A DNA stretch of 64,000 bases from Octopus vulgaris (GCA_951406725.2 OX597821.1:41912001-41976000); one strand, 5' to 3'; counted from the stretch's first letter, positions 12,817-26,223 are shown. Translations and numbers: made by a program. The notes: generated by a model not told the origin, from the sequence alone.

Positions 12817-13020
12817 CTCTTGACAACTGATGCTGGTATGTTTATGTCCCCGTAACTTAGCGGTTCGGCAAAAGAGACCGATAACATAGGTATATATATA
12901 TATGTATATATATGCATATGTATGTGTGTGTGTGTCTGTGTTTGTCCCCCCCCCTAACATCTCTTGACAACCGATGCTGATATGTTTATGTCCCCGTAAC
13001 TTAGCGGTTCGGCAAAAGAG

Positions 13021-13070
<50 letters not shown>

Positions 13071-13233
13071 GACGGGTTTCTTTCAGTTTCCGTCTACCAA
13101 ATCCGCTCACAAAGCTTTGGTCGGCCTGTGGCTTATAGTAGAAGACACTTGCCCCAGGTGCCACACAGTGGGACCGAACCCGGAACCATGTGGTTTGTAA
13201 GCAAGCTACTTACCACACAGCCACTCTTACGCC
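12817..13233. mobile_element. Rearranged SINE family C (plus-strand tail pieces, duplicated; minus-strand head 13069-13233)
   Basis: CTCTTGACAA..GATGCTG..ATGTTTATGTCCCCGTAACTTAGCGGTTCGGCAAAAGAGACCGATA occurs twice; the head is on the opposite strand. Confidence 0.75.
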
Positions 13234-13599
13234 TATTATATTTGTCTTTTGAACTTATTCGAAATCTGCCCTGATTGAAGTAAATCTCGTTTAAGATCAA
13301 TTCATCAATAACTGACTGGCATACACCTCGCTATGCAAAAGTGAGTTTCTAGCCTGCACCATTACGAAATGAATAATTCCGCATACTCTAAATTGTTTAG
13401 GACATTAATCTGGTCCACCACCCACAGACTCATTAATACGCTAGCTGACCATCAAGTGCAACGACGGTTGCCGAGGTAAACTTATTGAAATGCTTAAAAG
13501 TAGGTTAAACTGAAAAATGACGCGGAAAGATATTTGAGACAAATTGGTACAGCGGCAGAGATAAACACAGATATATTAAGTATATACAGGCGTGTGTGC

Positions 13600-14071
13600 A
13601 TGATTGTGTGTATGTATGTATGTATGTATGTATATATGTATAGATATATCTATACACATATATATGTACACATATATATATATATATATACATATATGAA
13701 ATAAATATATATAAATATATGTGTGTGTGTAATATAAATATATATATATGTAATATAAATATATATATATAAATATATATATATATGTAATATAAATATA
13801 TATATATATGTAATATAAATATATATATATAAATATATATATATATGTAATATAAATATATATATATATATATATGTAATATAAATATATAAATATATAT
13901 ATATATATATGTAATATAAATATATAAAATATATATATATATATGTAATATAAATATATATATATATATATATATGTAATATAAATATATAAATATATAT
14001 ATATATATATGTAATATAAATATATAAATATATATATATATATATGTAATATAAATATATATATATATGTA

Positions 14072-14106
<35 letters not shown>

Positions 14107-14272
14107 ATATAAATATATATATATATATAAATATATATATATGTAATATAAATATATATATATATATATATATAATATATATATATATATGTAATATAAA
14201 TATATATATATATATGTAATATAAATATATATATATATATGTAATATAAATATATATATATATATAATATAA

Positions 14273-14312
<40 letters not shown>

Positions 14313-14436
14313 TAATATAATATATATATATATATATATAATATAAATATATATATATATATATATAATATAAATATATATATATATATATAATATAAAT
14401 ATATATATATATATGTAATATAAATATATATATATA

Positions 14437-14498
<62 letters not shown>

Positions 14499-14536
14499 AT
14501 ATATATATATATATGTAATATAAATATATATATGTA

Positions 14537-14567
<31 letters not shown>

Positions 14568-14590
14568 ATATAAATATATATATATATGTA

Positions 14591-14625
<35 letters not shown>
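13600..14625. repeat. About 1 kb AT minisatellite: (GTAATATAAAT(AT)n) units
   Basis: Recurrent TGTAATATAAATAT anchor separated by variable (TA)n. Confidence 0.95.
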
Positions 14626-14628
<3 letters not shown>

Positions 14629-15485
14629 TAATATTTAAAATATATGCATACATACATATATGTACGTACCTACATCTACATGTATATATACATGCATATA
14701 TAAATATATATACGTGAGTACAGGACACCACAAATAGACGTAGAACTCAACGAGAAACGAAAACGTAAAAACAAACATGGAAACGGACCTTTTTTAACAA
14801 CGAAAAAACAGAGTACAAGACAAACTACACAAGGAAAATTCCCCTTCATCAGCTGTCCCTAGTTCAACTCCAGCGTGTTTCGAAGGTGAGGACAGAACAC
14901 GACTCGTCGAACTAACCCTTCCTGCGAAAGAATTAAATAAAATTACTTCGCAGAGGGGTAAAAACAAGGAAAGAATAAAATGTGACAAAAACAGGACGTA
15001 AAAACGATACAAATAAAATTACAAAATAAAATACAAAATAAAATACAAAATAAAAATACAATTACGAAAAAATACAGTACAAGAAATAAAAACAAACAAG
15101 AAAACAAACAATGAGGCCCTTATTTTGGCCTAGACGAGGAAAGATTCTTAAGAAAATGTGTTCACTTTTAGGAGGCCGCAGGCGAAAGGAAGTAGTCGAT
15201 AAATATATATATATATATATATTCGAAACGTAGAGTAGATGAAACCTTTAGCGACTGAAGAAGGGGTTAATTCCTTGTGTTAATTGTCCTGTACTCTATT
15301 TTTTTTTTTGCTGTTTTTAAATAAACGTCCAGTTCCTTTGGTTTGTGTCTATGGTTTCGTCTCTCATTGTGTTCGACGTCCTTTTGGTGTCCTGTACTCA
15401 TATATGCGTGTATATGTACATGTAGAGGTAGGTACGTACATATATGTTTATATATATGCATATGTTTTATTTTATTTATTAATAT
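14625..15485. mobile_element. Head-to-head pair of family F pLTR-like repeats (14625-15200 minus; 15222-15485 plus)
   Basis: Arms are diverged reverse complements. Both carry GAAAC...CTGA(T/A)GAAGGGG and both outer ends run into (TA)n. Confidence 0.65.
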
Positions 15486-15523
15486 ATTATATATATATAT
15501 ATGCACGCATGCACACACGCACA

Positions 15524-15561
<38 letters not shown>

Positions 15562-15669
15562 TCTGTTTGTTTTTCTTTTCTGTTATGATAAAAACAATTG
15601 TACATTGATCTGAAGAGTTACTACATACTTTTGAAGAGTGTAAATTTATTATAAAGAATAATAAAATTG

Positions 15670-15714
15670 ACAGTGACTTCGAAGTTTCGGCTAGATAAGC
15701 TGTCATCGAACTAT
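15670..15714 (-). ncRNA. Degenerate hammerhead motif
   Basis: Minus strand reads ATAGT-TCGATGA-CAGCT..AGCC-GAAA-CTTCGAAG-TC-ACTGT: palindromic helix III and a GUC site, but an altered core. Confidence 0.55.
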
Positions 15715-16074
15715 ATATATATATATATATACACACACATACATACATACATACATACATACATACATACATACATACATACATACATGCATACACACAC
15801 ACGCGCATACATGAATATATGTATGTATACACACATACGCACGCGCGCGCACGCACATTCCAGACTTAGCAGTAAGATGATATTAAAAAACAAACATCAA
15901 CATTACATTCGTGTGCCGAGACACGTCGTCGCTATGGTAACCATCCTGTTTTGATCTGTATCGCTTTGTCTCTTTATATTTGATAAACTTTAAGAAAAAT
16001 AACGAAATTTACTGAAACTATATTCAATATTTTCATTGAGAATTATCATGATTATTGTGAAAAAAAATACCGCG

Positions 16075-16122
<48 letters not shown>

Positions 16123-16462
16123 TCATGAAAAGCTCAAAATTATAAAGATGTTTTCTAACTTAACACAAAGTATAAATATCGCTTTCGTTTCCACTCATTA
16201 TTCATTTGTTATGTTGTTTTATTCATAAGATTTTTCAATATTATATATTACATATTTATGCGTGTGACAGTGTCGTCTGCTTTTGCAGGAGATGTATGTA
16301 TTACAGAAACAAGAGAAGAAAATATGGCCGTCGCAATCTGTTGTCGCATCTGTGACGGTTTCACTACGTCATTCAAATCTGAAATGATTATATAATTAAT
16401 AGCTTTTTTCAGTGTTTCTCAATCATTTTTTACCTATGAAACCCTTTGATTTTTATTCATAA

Positions 16463-16853
16463 CTGGCAGTATCGCCCAGCGTTGCTCGGGTTTGTTTCGA
16501 CCATTTAGAATTGGAATTTTTGAAAAGTAAAACTGTTGCATTATGTAGCTTGTTATTCTCTTTAAGTGAACATTTTTCTGGTTGAAATACACCGAAAAAT
16601 GCTGACACAGCAGTCAAAAAATCGTAAAAATAAGGATTTTCATAGAAAAAAAGCACCTTTTTGATATAAATAATTTTTTGTCTTAACATGGTCCAATGTG
16701 AATTTTCTCTACTACGGAAGGAAGAGCAAGCCTTCTTCTATCATATTCTCAAGTTTGGTCAATTTGCGCCGCAGGGTCTCGGAGGAGATAGTGTTAGTTG
16801 AAGGCTACCAAACCTGCCATACATAGACAACTTCAGCTTTATATATAGAGAGA
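16463..16853 (-). mobile_element. Non-autonomous Helitron
   Basis: Minus-strand 5' TCTCTCTATATATAAAG; 3' hairpin CCCGAGCAACGCTGGG then CCAG|T (CTAG in sibling copies). Homologous to 46450-46762. Confidence 0.8.
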
Positions 16854-19800
16854 TTATGCGGCGTTTTAAAAATACTATATAGTGTTTTTATAATTAAATA
16901 TTATTAGGAATGGTATTAAAAAAAAGTTAAGATATCTTGTGTTGTAGAAGAGTAACCAATTTATTGCCCATAAACTTTAACAACAAAATCATGTGGAGAC
17001 CTCCAACGGTGAAATGGATCCCGGATTGGTTGGCTAGCTGGATGGCTGGTTGATTGATTGATATCTCCAGCCACGCTTTACATCGTATAGAAGGAGAGGG
17101 AGAGAGAGTAAAAGAGAGAGAGAGAGAAGTTAACATAAGAGGTGTAGGATGAGTGGAGAGAAACAAATATAGAACAAGGAGGGGGAGGAGGAAGAAGGGA
17201 ATGAAGGGAGAGAGTAAATGACAGAATAGTTATACAACTGAGAAATTTATTTAATTTCATTTTGAAGAAATATTTGTTTTTCTTTTCAAAATTGGTATTC
17301 ATCGTTTTGTATAAGAACCAAGAAATTTTATAAAAATTAATTATTGTATATATGCCATATTTCCTGATGTTACCCAGGGTAGCAATAGATAGACTTCCGA
17401 AGTTACCAGTTGTTATATGACGGGCAACATTCCAAGTTGTTAATTCTTGATGCTTCCAATACTGCAGTATTATATGGAGGAAACCACCACAATAAAAGAC
17501 AAATTTGGTTTACCTTTAGCTATTCTCTGAGTAACGTTATTTGTATTGAAACAATAATATCTGGCGGTTGATGTAAAACTATTGGCATTCGAAATAAGTG
17601 TGTGTGTGTGTGCTTTTAGTGTTTAAACACACACATATAAAAGAGAGAGAGAGTAAAATGGTTTTGGTAGCTCTCAGTAATCCTTCGATTTAACGTTAAA
17701 TTGCTTTCATACGTAACTCGACATAAAACTACATGTATGTATGTATGTATGTATATATGTACGAATGTATATGTATGTACATATACATTATAATAGAATG
17801 TTCGCAGACTCATTATTCTTAAATAAACATGTAAATGATAAACAAAAATATTGATTCATTTTGGAGATGCAATGTTAAAAATTACAGTTATTAAATATTT
17901 TATTGCTGCCACTAATTATGAAATATGTAATTAATTGAAATTAACTTATTAATGCATTTGTTTTTAATTTTATTTCGTTTGTCATATGATGGTTGATGGA
18001 TCAATATACGAACCTATCGGAAAATGGAGTACTTCCTCTTCAATCATCGTCGTTCCCAGAAAACTCAAGTCACGTGGTAATCGTTTTGAGTTATGGCGGC
18101 TACAATTTTTAGCAGATAATAATGATAATATCCATTTCGGTAATAATGCCCTTTGTTAACTTCCATGACGTCACTTTGTTGCCATGGTGAAGAGTTTCAG
18201 ATTTGCCTTTATTGGTTGCCTTCAAGAACACTGCCGAGAGGTCGAAAGGAGAGAGAAGATAAGCGTGCTGGTCTCTTTGCTTCAAGAGGGAGCGAAGAGA
18301 GTAATTGCGTGAATGAATTTCCACTTTCTAAACTGCAGCCACATTTCGTGTTTTTCTCCCATTTACACTAAAACCTATGGTCTGTCCAAGCAGGAATTGA
18401 TTTTACAGTTTCCGTGCTCATCTCGCGAGAGCACGATTGACCACATTGATAGTATACCAGATAACCAACGGAGAGGGTTGTTTTCCTGGCTAAGACACTT
18501 AACTCTTAATTAGCTCAGTCCATGCAGCTGTAGATAAGTATCACAGATTAAAAACGAAAAACGTCAGCGCTATACGTAATGGCTGCAGTGTGTAGCGATT
18601 TCGTCACTGCTAGCCTTCTGTACCCGGGTTTGTTAGTCTCTCATTCATACACGCACATAGTCAAATAAATATACAGTAGATCGACAAAAACTAATGGACA
18701 ACCTTGATCGATTTTCGATCCTTATTGGTATCTCATCAAAGGTGTCTACATCACTTGACCAATCGCAGAAAAACAAACAGCCAGTCTGTTTATATATATA
18801 GATCAAATCTAGTAACTTCAGAGAACTGCTGCTATTAATTTGCTTGATTCCCGTTCGAACTGACCTCACCCGACCATTACTCATCTGTTAAATGTAATTC
18901 GATTGGTAATCAATCACAGCAACAGCTGCAAATATTAAACAAAATTCTATTGGCAAAATCTACTCTATGTTGAAATTTGAGCCAAAATGTGACCCCCCCC
19001 CCCCATCTAACAAGAAATTAGCCAGACTCTTTCTAATGGCTAATCAATCAGCACCTCTCGGCGTTTTCTCGGCAACCTCTTCCCTGGACTTTATCCTTAC
19101 TGTAAGAGATCACTTCCAGAAAGGAAAGATATTATCAGCTAATATGGCCGCCCTCCCAACCTTGAGTATATTAAAATGCTCAATCCATCTCTTTTTCTCT
19201 CTCCCTTCCCCTTGTCTATCAGACAATTTTCCCGTGTGTATCATTTGTGAGAAATATCTCTTCTAACACTTAACTCATTTAAACATCAAACTTTTCTGAA
19301 CTGAACTAAGTCGTTGCTTTCTATTGGACCGTCGAGTCCGATATAAATTTTTTAATAATGCAAACAAAAAAATTGTTCATTTTAAAACAACGACTCTATA
19401 TTTTTTCAATTGTTAAAATTGTAATATTGGAAAAAAGCATTCATTGAGTTGCAAGGCTGAGTTCAGCATCCGTACATATAGCCTAGAGAGATGAGATGGA
19501 GTTTTCTAGATCCATAACTTATCCAGACGAAGTTTTCAGTGATACACCCTTAGGACCATGGGTTGATCTCATCTACCACTATGTTAAATTCATATAATTT
19601 ATTATCATAAATTGAAAGAAATAAAGACAGTAGGGTGATTTACAGCATTTCATTTCAATTTCTAGATTACGAGTTCAAGTCTTCAATATTAGGCGTAAAA
19701 ACACAGCAGAACACAGCAATTTAGAGTGTCCTTGTAGTGTGTTCTCTTCCCCAATTTCCTATATCCCTGGCCTTTAATGGAAGGGCTATAGCAATTAGCC

Positions 19801-19911
19801 CTTCTGTTTTGTTCGTTTAATGTATACCCAAAACTAAACGCAAGAATGAAGAGAATTTCCTGCGTCGTTGAGAAACATATTCGTGTCAGTAGTTTATAAG
19901 TACAATAATTT

Positions 19912-19950
19912 CTGATGATGGTGATCAGACCGAAACTTCAAAGTCGCTTT
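19912..19950 (+). ncRNA. Hammerhead core with lost helix I
   Basis: CTGATGA-T-GGT..ACC-GAAA-CTTCAAAG-TC; the 5' strand of helix I does not pair. Followed by an AT-rich end and microsatellite. Confidence 0.55.
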
Positions 19951-19971
19951 CAGCTTTTTCCTTGTAAATAT

Positions 19972-20109
19972 TATACATACATACATACATACACATATAT
20001 ACATACATAAATATATACATATATATACACATATATATACATGCATATATATATATATATACACATATATATACATGCATATATATATATATATATATAT
20101 ATATACATG

Positions 20110-20141
<32 letters not shown>

Positions 20142-20545
20142 TACATACATATATATATGCATACACATACATATATATATACATACATATATATAAATAT
20201 ACATAGATGCATAAACATATATATATACATTTATAAATACATATATACTTATATATATATATACATATATATATATATACATATATAAATACATATATAC
20301 ATACAGATATATATATACATACACACATATATATATACATACCTACAAACATGTATATATATACACATACATATAAATACATACATATACATACATTTAT
20401 ATATACATACATATACATACATATGCATACATATATACATACATATACACACATATATATACACATATATCGAGAGAGTGGGGTGAGTGAGTGAGTGAGA
20501 GAGAGAGTGAGAGAGTATGAGTGAGAGAGAGAGAATATGAGAGAT
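19972..20545. repeat. Compound (TACA)n/(TA)n/(GAGT)n/(GA)n microsatellite
   Basis: Direct inspection. Confidence 0.95.
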
Positions 20546-20768
20546 TTAGTTTACTGGTGATCTAAACGAATAAGTACGCTGTGTAAGTGCTATAATTGGT
20601 CATCCGTTAGGCTCCAGGTTCACAGCTGAGGCTGGAGCTAGGGATCCGTATTAGGTTTGCGAGTTAGCAGCTATATATTATATTAGCGGAGAAAAAACAA
20701 TAAAACTCAAGGCAAGACAGATATTTCAAGTCATTTAGAATATTTATTTAGGGTAATGTGAATTTCAA

Positions 20769-20844
20769 GTCTTACAGCTGTTTCTGGGATATCCCAAGTG
20801 GTAGGTTGGCATGTCCGTACCCTAGGTATTCCGTCATCAGAGAC
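20769..20844 (-). ncRNA. Type-I hammerhead ribozyme with long helix II
   Basis: GTCT-CTGATGA-C-GGAATA...TATCCC-A-GAAA-CAGCTG-TA-AGAC. Confidence 0.8.
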
Positions 20845-21088
20845 AAGGTGAGTATGCATGAAAGATCTAGATAAGGAAATCCACAGTTTATAAGGAATAA
20901 AATAGTGGATAGAAGAATAAAGAGTGAAACAGTAGCTAAAAGAACACAGACAGAAGATGAGCTGTGGACTTTATTCTCCTGTCTGTATTCCTCTGTCTAC
21001 TGTTTTACTCTTTATTCTTCTATCTACTATTTCATTCCTTATAAACTGTGAATTTCCCTGTCTAGAACTTCCATTACATACTCACCCT

Positions 21089-21163
21089 GTCTCTGATGAC
21101 GGAATACCTAGTGTACGGACATGCCAGCCTACCACTTGAGATACCCAGAAACAGCTGTAAGAC
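21089..21163 (+). ncRNA. Type-I hammerhead ribozyme with long helix II
   Basis: GTCT-CTGATGA...GAAA-CAGCTG-TA-AGAC; palindromic helix III, GUA site. Confidence 0.8.
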
Positions 21164-21257
21164 TTCAAATTCATCTTAACCTAATTAGATATCCTAAATG
21201 TCATGAATACCTATCCTACATTAGTTTTTGTTGTCCTTTTTCCTCTAATATAATATG

Positions 21258-21306
<49 letters not shown>

Positions 21307-21418
21307 GATAAAAGGTCAGGAAGTATGAGAGGTGAATATATTTATTTAAGCACCTGTCAGTCTTACGATTACGCCATTTCTATGGTACACATGATTCTAT
21401 GACTCCATGTATTATATA

Positions 21419-21463
<45 letters not shown>

Positions 21464-21499
21464 GCACACACACACACACACGCACACACACACAAACAG

Positions 21500-21537
<38 letters not shown>

Positions 21538-21680
21538 TTTTTTAGCTCGCATTTCGAAACATTGCTACAGTATTTTGAATAAAAGAGAGAAAAAAAAAGC
21601 AATTCTTAAAAGCAAATTTTCACAGAAATAACTTCTATGAGACATTGAGCATTTCGGTGAATTCATTACCGCAAAAACAA

Positions 21681-21732
<52 letters not shown>
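21681..21732. repeat. (AAT)n microsatellite
   Basis: Direct inspection. Confidence 0.95.
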
Positions 21733-22189
21733 TTAACAAAACGCTTTTGTATATTGTTAACAATAAGAACTGTCTCGGTTTTATTTCTATTTTAATTTTA
21801 TAATTTCTGCTATGAATGAATAGCAAAATTTGCATTAAAAAATGAAAACAAAATTTTTAAAATGCCTATAAAATCTTTATGTGAGAATTTTCCTTTTAAG
21901 AAACCTATATCAGTAATTTAAACAAATCTGCATTGTTCGTTAACTTACTTTTATTTGTCCGGTATATTTTTTACATTCGTCACACAAATATCAAATTTCA
22001 TTTTTTTTTCTTCGTCTTGGGAACGATATTACATTTGATCTCGCTCCAAATGTAATTAATCCCAGTTAAGTTCATAACTTAAAATTATTATGTTCAACAG
22101 AAGTAGTATTAGTTTAAAATAGCACTCTGTGTACGATACTTAACGCGGATACATCGCGTAGTGCCAAATACTGCAGGATCCGTGCTGAG

Positions 22190-22732
22190 TGCTCCAGTTC
22201 GTCCAATCAATGGAACAGCCAGCTCGTGAAATTAATGACTAGTTGCTGAGTATTCCACAGACACGAGTACCCTTAATGAAATTCTCAGGGAACTTCAGTG
22301 TGACACAGAATGTAACAAGGCCGACCCTTTGAAATATAGGTATTACTTATTTTTGCCAGCTGGAGAAACATGGAGTAAAGTCTCTTGCTCAAGGACATAG
22401 CGCACCGCCAGGAACCGAACTCGCAACAACGAGAGATCCAGTTCATCCGACCATTGGAACAGCCAGCTCCTGAAATTAACGTGCAAGTGGCTGAGCACTC
22501 CACAGACACGCGTACCCTTAACATAGTTCTCAGAGAGATTCGGGGTGGCAGAGAATGTGACAAAGCTGAACCTTTTTCAAGTGCAGTCACAATTCGTTTT
22601 CTCCAGCTGAGAGGATTGCAACAACGTGAAATAAAGTGTCTTGCTCAAGGAGGTATCGCGCCGCTAGGAATCGAACTCCAGGACTTATGATCATCAGCTG
22701 AATACCCAAGCCACTAACGCACGCGCTTTCAC
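22190..22732 (-). mobile_element. Two tandem degenerate SINE B2 copies
   Basis: Both match 7232-7562. Confidence 0.75.
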
Positions 22733-22983
22733 AGAAGCTCTGTCCAGTCCAGCCTTCAACAACAACCTAAAGCTGCCCCTCACCACCAGCCACTAACTTT
22801 GCGACATATGGATCTTAAAAGACTTGCTTCTCAAATGCTAATCAGTGCTTTTAAGGCGAGAGCGACAGATGCAAACTGTTCAACAAAGAAGCCGTCATGA
22901 ATGCGAATAGGAAACAAGAAACGCGAAAATAAATAAATAATCATACTGCGACTTCTGAAGGAGCTGCAGTAAAATGTGCGGGA

Positions 22984-22984
22984 G

Positions 22985-23076
<92 letters not shown>

Positions 23077-23241
23077 TGTGTGTGTTGGACGTACAAACCA
23101 CAAACCATGTTCAAACGAATGATGACATCAATGCATGAATAATTGAAATACAGTATCTCCGTCGAAACAAAATAACAGTTATCATAGTTTATATATATAT
23201 ATATAAAACATAAATATATAACATATATACATATATAAAAC

Positions 23242-23294
<53 letters not shown>

Positions 23295-23473
23295 AAACAT
23301 ATGTATAACATATATACATATATAAAACATATATATACAAAACATATATATATAACATATATATATATATATATATATACAAAACATATGTATAACATAT
23401 ATACATATATAAAACATATATATAAGATGTATATATACAAGATACATATATATATATCAGATATATATCTTAT

Positions 23474-23555
<82 letters not shown>

Positions 23556-23635
23556 AAACATAAATACATATAAGATACATATATACATATATTTATATGA
23601 TATATTTTTATAAGATATATATATATATATATATT
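22984..23635. repeat. (TG)n and (TA)n compound arrays
   Basis: Direct inspection. Confidence 0.9.
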
Positions 23636-24005
23636 GTATATCTGTAAATATATGTGATAATTATTCGGTAGCCATGATAAAACTCCGAGTTTCGGATGTC
23701 GGTGCGGAAACCCACGCTGGTATCTCTTCAGTTATCCAGCCATCGAAAAAATGCTATGAAAATGGCCGTTAAACGAAGAGAAATTACTGTGTTATTGACC
23801 GTTATTCAGACAAAATATCTATCAGAATGACCACTAAGTGAGGGGAGGGAGTAAAGATAAGAGAGTAAAAATGTTCATAGTATTCGCGTAAGTGCGTATG
23901 ACCATACATACACATGCGCACCCGCACACCCACGTACATGCGCCTATAAGTATATACTCATCCACCCCCACTTGAAACACACATGCTCACCAACACATTC
24001 GCCAA
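23636..24005 (-). mobile_element. pLTR-like segment with HHR, between (TA)n tracts, inverted relative to the downstream PLE ORF
   Basis: Contains the HHR at 23676-23736; precedes the PLE fragment at 24150. Confidence 0.6.
23676..23736 (-). ncRNA. Type-I hammerhead ribozyme
   Basis: GATAA-CTGAAGA-GAT...ATC-C-GAAA-CTCGGAG-TT-TTATC. Confidence 0.75.
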
Positions 24006-24016
24006 AATATATATAT

Positions 24017-24099
<83 letters not shown>

Positions 24100-24110
24100 A
24101 TATATATATA

Positions 24111-24149
<39 letters not shown>

Positions 24150-24150
<1 letters not shown>

Positions 24151-24510
24151 GGTCACCTTCAATATAAGTATTCCTTAGCACTGATAGATAGATATTTTCC
24201 AGTCAACCATAGTTACAGAAAGCTCTTCAACAGACATAACTTAAAAATCAGTTTCAGCTCAACTACCAATTTTAAAAATATAATCGCACACAACACACAA
24301 AGACCACAATATGAAACCAGCTGTTCATGCAGCGATGAAAATTTATGCCCGCTAAATAGAGCTTGTATGTCCGAGACCATCATTTATGAAGCCACCATGG
24401 ACTCTATATCCACTAAGGACACGGTTTCGACGAAGAAATACGTGGGCCTTACAGAGGGTAATTTCAAGGCCAGGTTCAGTAGTCACACCTTGAGCTTCAG
24501 GCACAGGGAT
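24150..24510 (+). pseudogene. Penelope-like element linker/GIY-YIG fragment
   Basis: LIDRYFPVNHSYRKLFNRHNLKISFS...CSCSDENLCPLNRACMSETIIYEAT...YVGLTEGNFKARFSSHTLSF. Confidence 0.8.
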
Positions 24511-25090
24511 AAAAGGAAAATTGTGAACAGTTGTGGAAATCAGCTGCCCAGCAGATGTTAACATAAAGCTGAACATCGGTGAAAAAGAGAATACCTATAC
24601 TGAACTATTGAGAAATCTGTAGTTACTCTATCCAGATTACAAGTTCAGGTTTATACCTGTAATTATTGGAGCCCTGGGATAAGTAACACACTGCCTAAAT
24701 ACCAATCTTGAGAAATTAGGCTTCTCAAAACCAGAAAGGAGAAAGCTGATTCGAAGACTACATATCCAAATCAATCACTGGAACTGTAAAAATCTGTAAA
24801 ACTTTCCAGAAGTTTATCATTTAAATATCTATGAGCATGTCTAGATATGCAACTATATGCATAAAAAGACATACATAAAACATACAAATCTGCACATACA
24901 TAATGCATACATACATACATACATACATACATACATACATACATACATACATACATACATACATACATACATACATACAAAAAAGAACCTGGTGTTGATG
25001 CTGAAATTCCAATGAAGGAACCTTGGACTTAGGTTAGAACCCGGTTCTTTCTCTATTAGCAAGAAATCTTGAAATAAACTGAATAATGAC
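24505..25090 (+). mobile_element. 3' end of an R4/Dong-like non-LTR retrotransposon (REL endonuclease plus 3'UTR)
   Basis: VVEISCPADVNIKL...EKENTYTELLRNL*LLYPDYKFRFIPVIIGALG; homologous to 57282-58166. The 3'UTR contains (TACA)n and ends AATAAACTGAATAATGAC. Confidence 0.8.
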
Positions 25091-25814
25091 ATACATACAT
25101 ATACAAACATATATATATATATATACATGCATGTGCGTGTGTTTGTGTATGTGTTTGTGTGTATGTGTGTGTGTGTGTACGTGTGTGTGTGTGTGTCTAA
25201 CGTTTTAAACAAACAACATTGTAAAATTGTTTGAAGGAAGACAAGGAATAAAAATCTAACAAACTAGAAGCTGTTACACGATTCTTTCTATCAGCATATC
25301 AAATATATTGACAACTGTTTGTGCTGTCAGCTCCAGTAAAAAATATGTAATATATTTTATAGGGAATCGAACTGCACGTACGCACCATTAAGTGCTGTCA
25401 AGTTCCCTTCTCAGATCACCTTACATTCCTTCAACACAACTAAGACTAGCATTACAATTTACTGAAATGTCTTGGGTTTCTTATTTCCTCTCACTAATGC
25501 CATTTTTTCTGCCGTAAATCAATCGGTTGATTGCTGCTGTTACAAGTAGAATATATTGCTGTCATGTAATAATAATATATTGGATCTTATTTGACCCAAG
25601 GACACTTACAGAGGTAAATGTGTCATGGCGTCCGTGAAGATCGTTAAACCTTGTGAACCATACTTTAAACAATTCGGACCTTATAATTTATCATGTCTAA
25701 ACATGGTGACACGTCAATTAAAAGGAACATACCAACACAAGTGAGCCGCCCAACCTTCGAATTTGTTTCCTCATAACTTTCAGAAAAATGGGTAGTTACT
25801 CTCTCTCTCTCTCT

Positions 25815-26223
25815 CTTTTCTTTACTCTTTTACTTGTTTCACTCATTTGACTGCGGCCATGCTGGAGCACCGCCTTTAGTTGAGCAAATCTCCCCCAGGA
25901 CTTATTCTTTGTAAGCCTAGTACTTATTCTATCGATCTCTTTTGCCGAACCGCTAAGTTACGGGGACGCAAACACACCAGCATCGATTGTCAAGGGGGGG
26001 ACAAACGCAGACACACAAACACACACATATACACACACACACACAAATATACATATATACGACGGGCTTCTTTCAGTTTCCGTCTACCAAATCCACTCAC
26101 AAGGCTCTGGTCGACCCGAGGCTATAGTTGAAGACACTTGCCAAAGGTGCCACGCAGTGGAAATGAACCCGGAACCATGTGGTAGGTAAACAAGCTACTT
26201 ACCACACAGCCATTCCTGCGCCT
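25815..26223 (-). mobile_element. Full-length SINE family C copy
   Basis: Complete head, core, microsatellite and tail. Confidence 0.85.

Larger units (their letters stand above)
20672..21255. mobile_element. Fold-back element made of two inverted pLTR-like arms, each with an HHR
   Basis: 20672-20960 is an imperfect reverse complement of 20965-21255. Outer ends abut TA-rich sequence or (TA)n. Confidence 0.8.

Noticed and set aside
18160-19060. TGACGTCA and CCAAT-like motifs in a repeat-poor stretch (also TGACGTCA at about 61384)
   Set aside because: Short motifs are expected by chance and there is no linked transcript evidence. The unique stretch could still be regulatory.
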